NCBI GenBank assembly: GCA_028826165.1
Contig: JAPDFW010000114.1
Location: forward strand, 434,001-498,000
Direction: 5' to 3'
Source of the DNA: Anaeramoeba ignava BMAN
Taxonomy: Eukaryota > Protista > Anaeramoebae
Length of the DNA stretch: 64,000 bases
Shown piece by piece: positions 44,522-56,725 of the stretch (its first letter is position 1; the number at the start of each line of letters is the position of its first letter). Made by a program: the position numbers and the translations under genes. Below the pieces are notes generated by a model. It made no database searches, had not been told where the DNA came from, and saw only the letters and a list, made by a program, of their open reading frames with translations.

Positions 44522-46427
44522 TTAAATTTTTTGATATTTCTCATATAATGATTTAAGAGTTGATTCAACATAATTTTTAAATCTGTCTTTAAAAACTCCT
44601 GAATTAGTTGTTGTTCTTTCACCAAAACAAGCTAAAATATTGTAAAAATTGAATTAAAAAAAAAGTGGAAAATAAATTTTGTTTTGTTTTGTTTTACCTT
44701 TTGCTAATAAATAATCTCTTAAATCTCTTTTTGGAATAATTGGTGGATCTGGAAAATAAGGTTCAAATTCTGGAACTGATTCTTTTCTTGCAGTTTGAAT
44801 TCTAATTTTTTAAAATAAAAATAAAAATAATAATCAATACAAAAAAAGAAGAGAATTCAAAATGATTAAATTATGATTTAATTTTTACATATAATTTCTT
44901 TCTTTTAAATTCAAATTCTTTAAAGGTCTTACAGCAATTAAAACATCTAAATAGAGAAATAAAAAATAATTATTTTTCTTTTTGAATATTTTCTTTTTGA
45001 AATTTTTTTGAATACGATTTTGTTTTGAAATAAATGTTTCTGGATTAAAAAGATCTTTTCCATCAAGAAATAAAATCACAACAATATCATTCCCAATATG
45101 TCTTTTTTTCTCAATCTTTTTATAATTATTTTTATAATTATTTTAATATTTTTGATTTTTGAATTTATTTTTGATAAATACTTGAGGATTATTGATTTCT
45201 GTTGTTGAAGTTGGAATTAATGTTGAAACATGAAACATAATTTCCATTTCATTCCATGTTGTGAAAAAACTATATTTTCCACTGAAATTATCTTTGTTTT
45301 TGTTGAAATTTTTTGAAATTATTTGTTGAATTATTTTTGAAATTTGTTTCAATAAAATTACGTTTAGTATCAAGTCCTCCTCTATAATGATCAAAATGAA
45401 ATAATTCTACTTTTTCTCCTAATATTTGAAGAAATTCATTAAATTCTCTACTTCCTTTGTCTAAAATATATTTATAAATTATAATTCAATCCAAATTAAA
45501 AACTGATTTCTTTTTGATTATTTTTTTTTTGATTACTATTTGATAAAATTTCTTCTTCTGTTGTTTGGCCATCTTTTACATAAACAACTCCAAATTTGAA
45601 TTGATAAATACTCTTTAAAAACATTGAATATAATAATTTTCATTTTGTTTTTGTTTTTGTTTTTGTTTTTGAAATAAAATAAGTTAATAAAGATAAACCA
45701 AAATCCAGAATAATTTTGTTGATTATTTTCAAATAATAACTTTTGATTTTTCGATTGAAACTAGTGATTTTTCATCTTCTTGATCATTTTGATTACAAGT
45801 AAAAATTTCCACATTTTTAAATGAAGAATCGAATGTTTCTATTACTTTTGAAATAGATGGTCCCATACAAAATAGATTCCGAAAAAATGAAACATTTAAA
45901 TCATTTTTTTTTACAACATGAAATTCATGATTTTCTTTATATAATACAAATATTTTATAAATTTCTTCTTTATTTTCTTGTTCTTGTTCTTTTTCTTTTT
46001 CTTCTGTTGTCTCTTGTATACAAATTGAAGTGTAACCTTTTTGTGGATGTTTTGAAACAAAATGATAATATTCTAATATTTCGAAATTAATATTGAATTT
46101 AATATTGAATTTAATTTTGATTTGAAATAATCAACCTTTCCCAGAAAAATGATTTGTAAATGTTTTTTCATTTGAAATGGGTTTTAATTTCTTTTTTTCA
46201 TTGCAAAAAACTTCCTCAATTATCCAATTTTGACTTCCTTTTAAAAATAAAAATTTGTAATTATTTTTTTTATGTTCTTTAACAATTTCAATATCTAAAG
46301 AATCATTTTGAATATTATCTTGATATCCAATAACTTGTATAAATTCATCATCATCAAATTTATATTGAGTATCATTAATTTGTTTTCTTTTTTGTTTTCT
46401 TGAATTTAATATTTTTTTATCATTCAT
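44522..46427 (-). CDS. Rap/Ran-GAP domain protein (RapGAP), 8 exons
   Basis: Spliced translation gives FKFGVVYVKDGQTTEEEILSN, FNEFLQILGEKV, YRGGLD, EIMFHVSTLIP and KKRHIGNDIVVILF (Asn-thumb motif). All introns GT-AG; stop at 44522-44524. Confidence 0.9.
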
Positions 46428-46930
46428 TTTATTTTTAAATTTTTGATCAAAAAAAAAAATGAAAAAAAAATGAAAAAAAAAAATAAAAATAATTCGCCTT
46501 TTAATTTTGGATTGTTTTTGCTTTCGAAATTCTTCTTCTTTTTTCTTTCTTTTTTTCTTTCTTTCTTTCTTTCTTTCTTTTGTTTACTTAAAAAATAAAA
46601 AATAATAAATAAATAAATAATAAAGAAGAATAAGAAGAACAAGATCAATTCCTTAAACAAAAAAAAATTTTTATTTTTTTAAATTTAATTTTAAATAGAT
46701 TTTCTTTATTTTTTGAATTAAATAAATTGTTCTTTTCAAATTCAGTTCTCACGACATTTAAATAAGAAATCGTTTTCCAAATTTAATTCCAAAAAGAGTT
46801 TTATTTGCAAAGAAGGGGATAGAAAAGTTTAAAATTAAACAAAACAATAAATTTTTTTTTATAAATTCATTTTTTTTTTCTTCCTAAATTAAATTTAAAA
46901 CAAAAAACAAAAAAGAAAAAACAAAAGAAA

Positions 46931-49900
46931 ATGTTTCAAAACGAAAGTAAACGTTTACTTAATGAAGAGAAACAATTTCAAGCAAAAATTACAGATATTG
47001 AAGAAGATGGAACAATAGTTGAATGTGAATTAAGATTTTATCGAAAAAGCAAAAAAAGAACAACATTTTTTGTTATTATTGCCATTTTGACAGTTGGTTT
47101 TTCTTTATTATTATGTCATTGGTTTAGGAAATTAAAATTGAAAGGTACTCATAAAAAAGTTGATTCTTATCAAGATGCTCATAAATTTCTTATATTAAGA
47201 CCAGATAAAACTTATGATATTGTAAATCAAGAAACATTAATTTATAAAGAGAATGGATTAGAACAAGAAAAATCAATGATAAAATATCGTTATATACATT
47301 ATATTTTTAATGAAGAACATAATCAATTTATTCGAGTTGGGTATTTTCTTTCTTATTATTTTGAATAAAAATCAAAATTAAAATTTAAATAAAATAGATT
47401 AAATTCTTCAAAAGATTTCTCAAAGATTAGAAATAAATTTTCTGATGGATTAAATAATAAAGAAATTATTAAGAAAAGACAAGCTTTATTTGGTCAAAAT
47501 TATCTTAATATTCCTGTTAAATCTTATCCAGCTTTGCTTTTAAGTGAAGTTTTACATCCTTTATTTGTTTTCCAATTATTTGCTGTTATTGTTTGGTCTG
47601 TTGATAATTATGCTGCTTATGGAATAACAATTATGGTTATGTCACTTGTTACAATATTTTTTAGTCTTCGTCAAACCAAAAAAAATTTAGTTACATTAAG
47701 TGAAATGGCTAAATTTGATATTGATGTTGAAGTTTTTAGAATTGGAGAATGTAAAAAATTCATTCAATTCATTTAATTTAATTCATAATATTGATTGAAT
47801 TAAATTTGGAAATTATTTAGATAAAACAATATCATCAAAAGATTTAGTTCCTGGTGATTTAGTATCAATTCCAAACAATTTTATACTTCCTGGTGATTTT
47901 ATTTTATTAAATGGTCAATGTATTGTAAATGAAAGTATGTTAACTGGTGAATCTGTTCCTGTTGTTAAAACTTCACTTCCATCAGATACAAAACAAATTT
48001 ATGATATAATTACTCATAAAAAATACACATTATATTCAGGAACTAAAGTAATTGAATCAAAATTTTATTCAGGAAATAGAGTATTAGCAGTTTTAGTTAG
48101 AAGTGGATTTGATACAATGAAAGGATCTTTAGTTCGTTCCATTCTTTTCCCAAAACCTCATAATTTCAAATTTTATAGTGATACTTTTAAATATTTATTT
48201 TTTCTTACATTCATTTCATTTATTGGATTTGCAATATCAGCAGTTTATTTTGTGAAACATAAAAATTCAGTTTATCAAATTGTAATTCAAGCATTAGAAT
48301 TGATTACTATTGTTGTTCCACCATGTTTACCTATTGTATTAACAACAGGAACAGGATTTGCAATTGAGAGATTAAAGAAAAATAGTATTCATTGTATTTC
48401 ACCACCAAGAGTTAATGTAGCAGGAAAACTAAATTTATTATGTTTTGATAAAACAGGAACATTAACAACAGATCAACTTGAAGTTTTAGGTGTTCATCCT
48501 TGTTCAGGAAATGAATTTGATAAATTAGAACAAACATTTATTAAAAAAGAAATTAATATTCCAGAAAAATTAATGAATTGTCTTTCATGTTGCCATTCAT
48601 TATCGAAAGTTGAAAAAGATTTAATTGGAGATCCATTAGAAATCAAAATGTTTGAATGGATTGGATGGGAATTAGAAGAACTTGATCAAGATCAAGAAAC
48701 AAACCTTGGATTTGATTCACCAATTTCAACATTTGTTAAATCACCAAAATTTTCAATAAAAAACCAATTAGTTACTCAAAATTCACAAGATGAAAGTGAA
48801 GATGATGAAGATGAGATGAAATTAAATGATGATGAAAATGAAGAAAATTTAGCAGATCCAATTAATATAAATATTAATTTTAATAATAATAATCATAATA
48901 ATCATAACAATAATAATAATAATCATAATAATCATAATACCGATAAAAATGAAAAAAGTGATGATAAAACTAAAGATAGTCAAATTGATAATTTATTTGA
49001 ACAAAATACAATTGGAATAATTCATGCATTTGATTTTTCATCAACACTTCAAAGAATGAGTGTAATTGTTAGTAATCAAAAAACTGGAAATTTTGAAATG
49101 TATGCCAAAGGTTCACCTGAAAAAATCAAACAATTATGTATCAAAGAATCAATTCCAAAAGATTATGAAACAATTCTTCATTCTTATACCAAAGAAGGAT
49201 TTCGAGTAATTGCACTTGGATATAAACTTATTGAAAATATTGAAATTTTTGAAATGAAAACAATTCCAAGAGATTCTATTGAAAAAGATTTAATTTTTCT
49301 TGGATTTTTTATTATGGAAAATAAATTGAAAGATGATACAATTCAAGTTATTCAAGAATTAAAAAAAGCATTATTTTATAATGTAATGATAACTGGAGAT
49401 AATCCATTAACTGCAATAAGTGTTGGAAAAAAATGTGAAATAATTGAACCAAATTCAACAATTTTTCTTGGAAATCAAAAGAAAAAAGGACAAACCAAAA
49501 TAATTGAATGGGAAAATATTGATAATCCAAATGAATTTTTTGATCTTTCCAAAAATGTAATGTATTATAAAAATTCCAAAAATGAAAAAAATGAAGAAAT
49601 TGAAATTCAACTTAGTTCAGATTCAAATGATGGTAATATTTAAAATTTATTTTTAAAATTTATTTAATTTAATTTAATTTAATTTAATTTAATTTTTAAA
49701 AAAAAAGAAAATGAAGAAGAAATTCAAATCAAAAATGAAAATATTAAAAATATTGAACTTGTTGTAACAGGAAAAGTTTATTCAACAATCAAAAAAAGAA
49801 ATCCAGAATTATTTGAAAGAATGTTAATCCAATCACATATTTTCTCAAGAATGTCACCAGATCAAAAATCACAATTAATTGGAAATTTCCAAGAATTAGG

Positions 49901-50813
49901 ATATGTTGTTGGAATGTGTGGAGATGGAGCAAATGATGTAAAAGCATTAAAATCAGCACATGTTGGAATTTCACTTGCAAATACTGAAGCATCTATTGCA
50001 GCACCATTTACAAGCAGAAAACAAACAATCCAATCAGTAATTGATGTTATTCGAGAAGGAAGATGCTCTCTCATTTCTTCTTTTCAATCATTTAAATTCA
50101 TTTCACTTTATGCTTTAATTCAATTTCTTGGAGTTGTTCAACTTTATATTTTGGATTCGAATCTGACAACTTACCAATTTGTATATGTTGATTTATTTCT
50201 TGTTCTTCCTCTTTCTGTTATTATGACAAGAACGCCAGCTTCAAAAAAATTAGTTCAACAAAGACCAGCTTCAAGTTTAATTTCATTATCTGTTGTTACT
50301 TCTTTATTAGGACATTTAATTTTTATTCTTCTTTTTGAAATAATTGCAGTTCTTATTGTTCGAAAACAATCTTTTTATGAACCTATTTACACAAATATTG
50401 ATGAAGAAGAATTTAAATGTTATGAAGATACTGTGTTATTTTTGATTTGTAATTTCCAAACATTAATTATTCTTGTTGTTGTTAATCGATCAAAACCATT
50501 TAAACATTTAGTTTGGAAAAGTCCACTTTACACAGTAGTTATAATTATTTGTTTTGTTGTTTCAGCTTATTTATTAATTTATCCAGATTCACTTATGAGA
50601 AAGATTTTTGAAATTTATATATTAGGTTGGAAATATAAAATAATTCTTTCTTTATTAATTTTATTGGATTTTATGGTAGAATATATTCTTGAAAAATTTA
50701 TTTTAAGTAAATATTTCAAAAAAATGAAAAAATGTTGTTATAAAAAGAAAAAAATAACAAGACATCAAGTTATTCGACAAATATCACTTCAATCAGTTAA
50801 AATTGAAAAATAA
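46931..50813 (+). CDS. ATP13A: P5B-type P-type ATPase (ATP13A2/3-like polyamine transporter), 4 exons
   Basis: EVLHPLFVFQ, LVPGD, NESMLTGESVPV, PPCLP, FDKTGTLT, GDPLE, FSSTLQRMSV, KGSPE, MITGDN, RMSPDQK, MCGDGAND, EASIAAPFTS, REGRCSL. Confidence 0.95.
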
Positions 50814-50919
50814 TTATTCTTTTTTTTCTTCATTTATTTTCTTTTTCTCAAAAATAAACAAATAAAATAATAATAACAATAATAAATCTTTTTTTAATTT
50901 TTCTTTTTATTAAATATTA

Positions 50920-50942
50920 ATTAATTAATTAATCAATCAATA

Positions 50943-51025
<83 letters not shown>

Positions 51026-52139
51026 TAATCAATTAATCAATCAATCAATCAATAAATTAATCAATTAATCAATAAATCAATAAATCAATTAATCAATCAA
51101 TCAATTAATCAAGCAATCAATCAATCAATCAATCAATTAATCAAAATCAATTAATCAATCAATAAATCAATCAATCAATCAATCAATTAATCAATTAATA
51201 CCAATCAATTGGTAATTGGTAATAATCAATAAATCAATTGTCCAACCAATCGAACCAATTCAATCAATCAATACTAATTAAAATTACCAATAAATTTCAA
51301 ATCACCAATTACCAATTTGTCCAATTCAATCAATTGTCATCAACCAATAATTTAACAATGGTAATTCAATTGTCCAATTACCAATGTACCACCAATTCAC
51401 CACCAATCAATACAATAATTACCAATTACTAATTCAATTATCATAAATTAATTAATAATTACCAATTAATAATCAATCATCATAATAATTAATGTCAATT
51501 AATAAATACCAAAATTAAATGGCAATTGTCGGTATTGTAAATTAATACAATTCCCACCACCAATAATAACCAAATCAATGCCAAATCAATTAATAATAAT
51601 TAATTATTTGGTATATAAATTGTCCCAGCCAAATTGTCAATTGTCAATAAATGGCCAAAATCACAAATCCATCAATTGTTAAATGTCCAATCAATCATTA
51701 ATAAATTGCCAATTAAACCAATAATAAATCACCAATAAACCAATAATCAATTCACCAATCAATCCAATCAATTCAATTGTAATCACAAATCACCACAATT
51801 TGTCAAATTGTACAATTACCACAAATTGGTAATTGGTAATTCATCAAAATAATACCAATGGTCAATCAATTGTCATAATTAATCTAATCCAAAATTAATA
51901 ATTTACCAAATCAATTACCAATAATAAAATACAAATTGGCCAAATCCAATCATCAAATCCAATCAATTACTACTACTAATTAATTGGTAATGGTAAATTG
52001 TAATAAATAAATAAAATCTCAATTACTGGTAATTGGTAATTGTCAATTGTCAATCAATTAATCAATCAATAAATCAATCAATAAATTGTAAAAAATTAAA
52101 AATCAAATAATAATCAATCAATCAATTAATTAATCAATT

Positions 52140-52178
<39 letters not shown>

Positions 52179-52397
52179 TAATTAATTAATCAATTAATTA
52201 ATAAATCAATCAATCAATCAATTAATCAATCAATCAATCAATCAATTAATCAATCAATCAATCAATTAATCAATTAATTAATCAATTAATTAATCAATCA
52301 ATCAATCAATTAATTAATCAATCAATAAATCAATTAATTAATCAATCAATCAATCAATTAATCAATCAATCAATCAATCAATTAATCAATCAATCAG
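50920..52397. repeat. (AATC)n/(AATT) microsatellite arms around a scrambled low-complexity core (about 51200-52080)
   Basis: Clean AATC arrays at about 50930-51195 and 52110-52397; the interior is irregular CCAA/TTGT/GGTAA sequence. Confidence 0.8.
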
Positions 52398-52930
52398 AAA
52401 AAATGAAAAAAGGAAAAAAGGAAAAAAAATTATTTGGAAATAAAAAATATAATTTTAATCAAAAAAAATGAGTTTATTTTAAAAGATAAATTTGAAAATA
52501 AATGAATTAATAATTTAAAAGTATTCTATTTAATTTTTTTTTCTTAATTAAAATTATTCCAATTTCTTTTTTATTTTTTTAAGTTTTTAGATCATTTCTA
52601 AATTATTTTTAAATAATCCAAAAAAAAAGAAAATAATTTAAATTAGAAAAAGAAATTAATTTAAAACAAAATTGTTGAATATTGTTGATTTGATTTTTTT
52701 TCTTTTGATAATTAAAATTGATTTGAATTTCTTATCAAAAAAATATCTTGTTTTTCCAATTAAAAAATATTCTTCAAAACAAAAAATTTTAAATAAATTA
52801 ATAAAGAGGAATGAAAAACAATGTTTAAAATTAAAAGAAAATATTTTAAAATTTGATAAAAAAAAAGAAAAGAATCCAAAAAACATTTTTTTCATTTTTT
52901 TCTTTTTAATTTTTCTTTTTAATTTAATTG

Positions 52931-55334
52931 ATGGCATTTTATATATTTTTTCCTGATCTTTTAGGAGCAACTCTTGGGAGTATTGGAGCTTTAGTGATAA
53001 TATTTGTTCATTTTAAATTTCGAGATTTAAGAACATTTTATCGGAAATTAATTTTTATACTTTCAATATATGATTTAATAACAGCACTTGTTTATACACT
53101 TCCAGGTCATTATGTTCATGCAATTTGTGTTTTTCAACCTATTGTTATTTCTTTTTTTATACCAACTGCTGCTTATTGGGCTGCGGTTATTTCAATTATA
53201 ACTTCTTTGAAAATTACAAAAAATATTTCTGAAGAAACTTTGGATAAACTCCAAAAAATTGCTCATCTTATTTTGTGGCTTATTTCAGGAACAATTGCTA
53301 TAATTTTTGCAGTTTTTTCTACTCCTCAACCTCATGCAAGAATTTATTGGTGAATTTCAATAATTTCAATTTATAAATGAATTTTAATTTATAAATGAAT
53401 TTCAATTTATAAATGAATTTCAATATCAATTTCAATATTAATTTAAATATTAATTTCAATATTAATTTCAATATTAATTTCAATATTAATTTCAATATTA
53501 ATTTATAAATGAATTTCAATATTAATTTCAATTTTAATTTCAATATTAATTTCAATATTAATTTCAATATTAATTTCAATATTAATTTCAATATTAATTC
53601 CAATATTAATTTCAATATTAATTTATAAATGAATATTAATTTCAATATTAATTTAAATATTAATTTCAATATTAATTTCAATATTAATTTCAATATTAAT
53701 TTATAAATTAATTTCAATATTAATTTCAATATTAATTTCAATATTAATTTCAATATTAATTTATAAATTAATTTCAATATTAATTTCAATAATTTCATAA
53801 TATTAATTTCAATTTTAATTTATAAATTAATTTATAAATCAATTTCAATATTAATTTCAATATTAATTTCAATATTAATTTCAATATTAATTTCAATATT
53901 AATTTCAATATTAATTTAAATATTAATTTCAATATTAATTTCAATATTAATTTCAATATTAATTTTAATATTAATTTAAATATTAATTTAAATATTAATT
54001 TCAATATTAATTTCAATATAAATTTCAATATTAATTTCAATATTAATTTCAATATAAATTTTAATATTAATTTCAATATTAATTTCAATATTAATTTGTA
54101 ATATAAATTTCAATATAAATTTCAATATAAATTTCAATATTAATTTCAATATTAATTTCAATATAAATTTCAATATAAATTTCAATATTAATTTCAATAT
54201 TAATTTCAATATTAATTTCAATATTAATTTCAATATTAATTTAAATATTAATTTCAATATTAATTTCAATATTAATTTCAATATTAATTTCAATATTAAT
54301 TTCAATATTAATTTCAATATTAATTTTAATATTAATTTCAATATTAATTTCAATATTAATTTCTAAATTAATTTTTAAATCAATTTTAATTTATAAAATT
54401 AATTTATAAATCAATTTTAATTTCAATATAAATTTTTAATATTAATTTCAATATTAATTTCAATATTAATTTTAATATAAATTTCAATATAAATTTCAAT
54501 ATAAATTTCAATATTAATTTCAATATTAATTTCAATATAAATTTCAATATAAATTTCAATATTAATTTCAATATTAATTTCAATATTAATTTCAATATTA
54601 ATTTCAATATTAATTTAAATATTAATTTCAATATTAATTTCAATATTAATTTCAATATTAATTTCAATATTAATTTCAATATTAATTTCAATATTAATTT
54701 CAATATTAATTTCAATATTAATTTATAAATCAATATCAATTTTAATTTAAAATCAATTTTAATTTAATTTTAATTTATAAATAAATTTTAATTTAATTTA
54801 AAATTTAGGTGTTGGGTTAAAGAAATTTATTTAACTAAACTTTTATATTTCGTTTGGTGGGCTTATCTTCTCATTTCTTTACTATTTTATATTTATACAA
54901 TTATCAAAATTCGAAAAGTATTCCAAGAAGTTGCACATTTAAAAAATTTTCTTTTAAAAAAACAAACAAGAAAAAATTTAAGAACACAACTTAGAATGTC
55001 AATGATTCCATTAGTTTATATTTTAATAGTAATTCCAACATCAGTTAAAAGAGGAAAAGAAATGTTTGAAAAAGATACAAAAGATATTCCTTTTTTGGAT
55101 TTTCTTCAAGCGTTATTTTTATCAACTCAAGGATTTTTTGATTGTCTTATTTTTGTTATTGGCGTTCGTCGAGTTCGCCAACGTTTGTTTTCTTTATGCT
55201 CATCAAAACCGTCAAAAGAAGATGATGAATCTCAACCTCTTGTTTGGGTTGCTGAAGAAGATGATGAAAATAAAAATGAAAGTTTGGAATCTGAAGATGA
55301 TTTGGGTTTGCAAGAAGTACAAACAAATAAATGA
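52931..55334 (+). CDS. 7TM G-protein-coupled receptor, cAMP-receptor/GCR1-like; exons 52931-53349 and 54809-55334
   Basis: Hydrophobic helices; RKLIFILSIYDL; ICVFQ; splicing gives IYW|CWVKE (WCW motif); final helix LSTQGFFDCLIF followed by RRVRQRL. Confidence 0.85.
53350..54808. repeat. (TTTCAATATTAA)n 12-bp minisatellite forming a 1.46-kb GPCR intron
   Basis: Directly visible between the GT at 53350 and the AG at 54808. Confidence 0.9.
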
Positions 55335-55454
55335 TTATATAAAATTGTTTTTTTGCTTTGTAAATTGCTTTTTATTTTGTTTCTTAAAAAAAAAAGTGGA
55401 ATAAAAATTAATTAATTTTTCATTTTTTTCTTTTTCATTTTTTTAATTTCCAAA

Positions 55455-56401
55455 ATGTAAATATTTTCTTTTATTTTTTTTTATAAATTTATTCAACAAA
55501 AAAATTGTTTTTTTTATTATTTTAATTATCAAGGAATACACAAAATTCAAGAAAAAGAAATATAAATCATTTAGATCCTCAATCTCAAAATGAAAAAAAT
55601 TTGCAAAAATGTTCATTTTTATTTCAAAATTTTCAAAAAATTCAATTAGAATTTTCACAAAAAACTAAAAAATTATTTTCAAAAACAGAAATAAATTTAA
55701 TTGAAGAAATGGAAAAAAAAATAAATAATTCAAGTTATAAAAATGCAGAAGAATTTTTCAAAGAGTTTAATGAAATACTTTCAATTAAAACAAATGATAA
55801 AAATCAAGTGATTATTCTGAAGAAAATGTTTTTAGAACAAATGAATTTGATAAAAGAAAGCATTGAATCAGAAAATGAAATGAATAAACTTATGATTAAA
55901 ATAAAATTAACAAATTCGCCTGATTCAATTCAAAAGCAAATTCAACAATCAATATTATCTCTTTATGAATTATCTGCTTATCTTTTTTCCAAATCAATTG
56001 ATTTTTTTGATCCAAATTTTACTTTTCAAGAAAAAAGACAAAAAGTTCCGATTCAACAAAATAATCTTTTAAATCATCCTCCAATTAGTTTTATCAACTC
56101 TTTTGTTCCAAATGAATTTCCAAAACCTCAATCAAATTGCACAAATTCTAATTTGAAAATATCTTTCAATAAAAATTCAAAAAAAGAACAAAATTCTCAA
56201 AAAATTAATCAAGAAGTTGTTTTTTCTCAAATTGAAAAAATTCCAAATCAAATATTGAAGGATATTCTTCAAAACCAAATTCCACAAAAAATTCCTAATG
56301 AAAATGAAACTCAAAATGAAACTTATTCAAAAATTGATTTGAAAGATTTAGATGAAAAAACAATTGATCAACTTCACCAATTTTTACTTCAAAAAAATTG
56401 A
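55455..56401 (+). CDS. Hypothetical protein with degenerate bromodomain-like and ET-like segments; predicted start codon AT|G split by intron 55457-55533
   Basis: The frame is open from 55535 to 56401. INLIEEMEKKINNSSYKNAEEFFKEFNEIL resembles bromodomain helices, and KIDLKDLDEKTIDQLHQFL resembles the end of an ET domain. Confidence 0.55.
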
Positions 56402-56520
56402 AATCAAAAAAATTGAAATCAAAAAAATTGAAATCAAAAAAATTGAAATCAAAAAAATTGAAATCAAAAAAATTGAAATCAAAAAAATTGAAATCAAAAA
56501 AATTGAAATCAAAAAAATCA
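56390..56520. repeat. 15-bp tandem repeat (AAAAAAATTGAAATC)n overlapping the stop codon
   Basis: Directly visible, about 8 copies. Confidence 0.85.
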
Positions 56521-56725
56521 AAAAAATGGGAAATTGTTTTTATTTTAATTTTTATTCATTCAATTTAAATTTAAAAGAAAATAAACAAATGGAAAAGTTT
56601 TTTTTTTTTTTTTTTTGATTTGGTTTGATCAAAAAATTTAAAAATGAAAAAATGATCAAAATTTATTTTTATTTATTTTTATTTTTTTTATTATTTTTTA
56701 TTGTTTATTATTTTTTTTTTGTATA

